NCBI RefSeq assembly: GCF_036321535.1
Contig: NC_087437.1
Coordinates: 51,648,001-51,712,000 of the forward strand
Length of the DNA stretch: 64,000 nucleotides
Direction: 5' to 3'
Origin: Camelus dromedarius
Lineage: Eukaryota
In this document: piece after piece, positions 63,801 through 64,000 of the stretch
Layout of the letters: every line of letters starts with the position of its first letter
How positions within the stretch are numbered: position 1 is the stretch's first letter
Made by a program: the position numbers and the translations under genes
The notes under the pieces: model-generated
Told to the model about the DNA's origin: nothing
What the model saw: the letters and a program-made list of their open reading frames with translations, nothing else
The model's database searches: none

Positions 63801-64000
63801 TTGGGTAACACAGGGCCACTTGCAGACACTAGAGTGGAGGCGCCTGAGAGGGGGCTTCCCCTTCCTTCTCAGGTGAGGCTCTGCAGGCTATCATGTTAAG
63901 CTCTTAGAAAGAGAGTGAGAAGCAGAGAAAGAAAATGAAGTTGCTCTTTGCTTGTCCACAGTGTGTTGCTTTGGACCTTTTTATGCATACATCTCCCAAC

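Noticed and set aside
1..64000. CRISPR arrays, operons or other prokaryote-style systems
   Set aside because: The sequence is mammalian, and I saw no regularly spaced repeats or gene-dense segments.

Overview
This is mammalian genomic DNA, very likely from a camelid: it carries tRNA-Ala-derived Vic-1-type SINEs and artiodactyl-type L1 and Tigger elements. The window is mostly interspersed repeats (L1, L2, MIR, ERVL/MaLR/ERV1 LTRs, ERVL pol relics, hAT and TcMar DNA transposons). It holds one convincing protein-coding gene, an intronless minus-strand member of the TMEM45/TEDDM (DUF716) family at 22399-23286 (295 aa). This looks more like the mouse Teddm3 type than GLUL-linked TEDDM1. About 8.6 kb upstream on the same strand lies a heavily decayed tandem paralogue (~31906-32562) with nonsense codons, frameshifts and an internal deletion. 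Other notable structures are a chimeric young/old L1 inside one target-site duplication, a MER20B-like transposon split by ~2 kb of non-transposon DNA, a tiny TSD-flanked polyadenylated insert, and an orphan CpG-rich island next to a homeodomain-site cluster. I see no evidence for a wholly new biological system. Repeat family names come from remembered consensus sequences and need RepeatMasker/Dfam confirmation.
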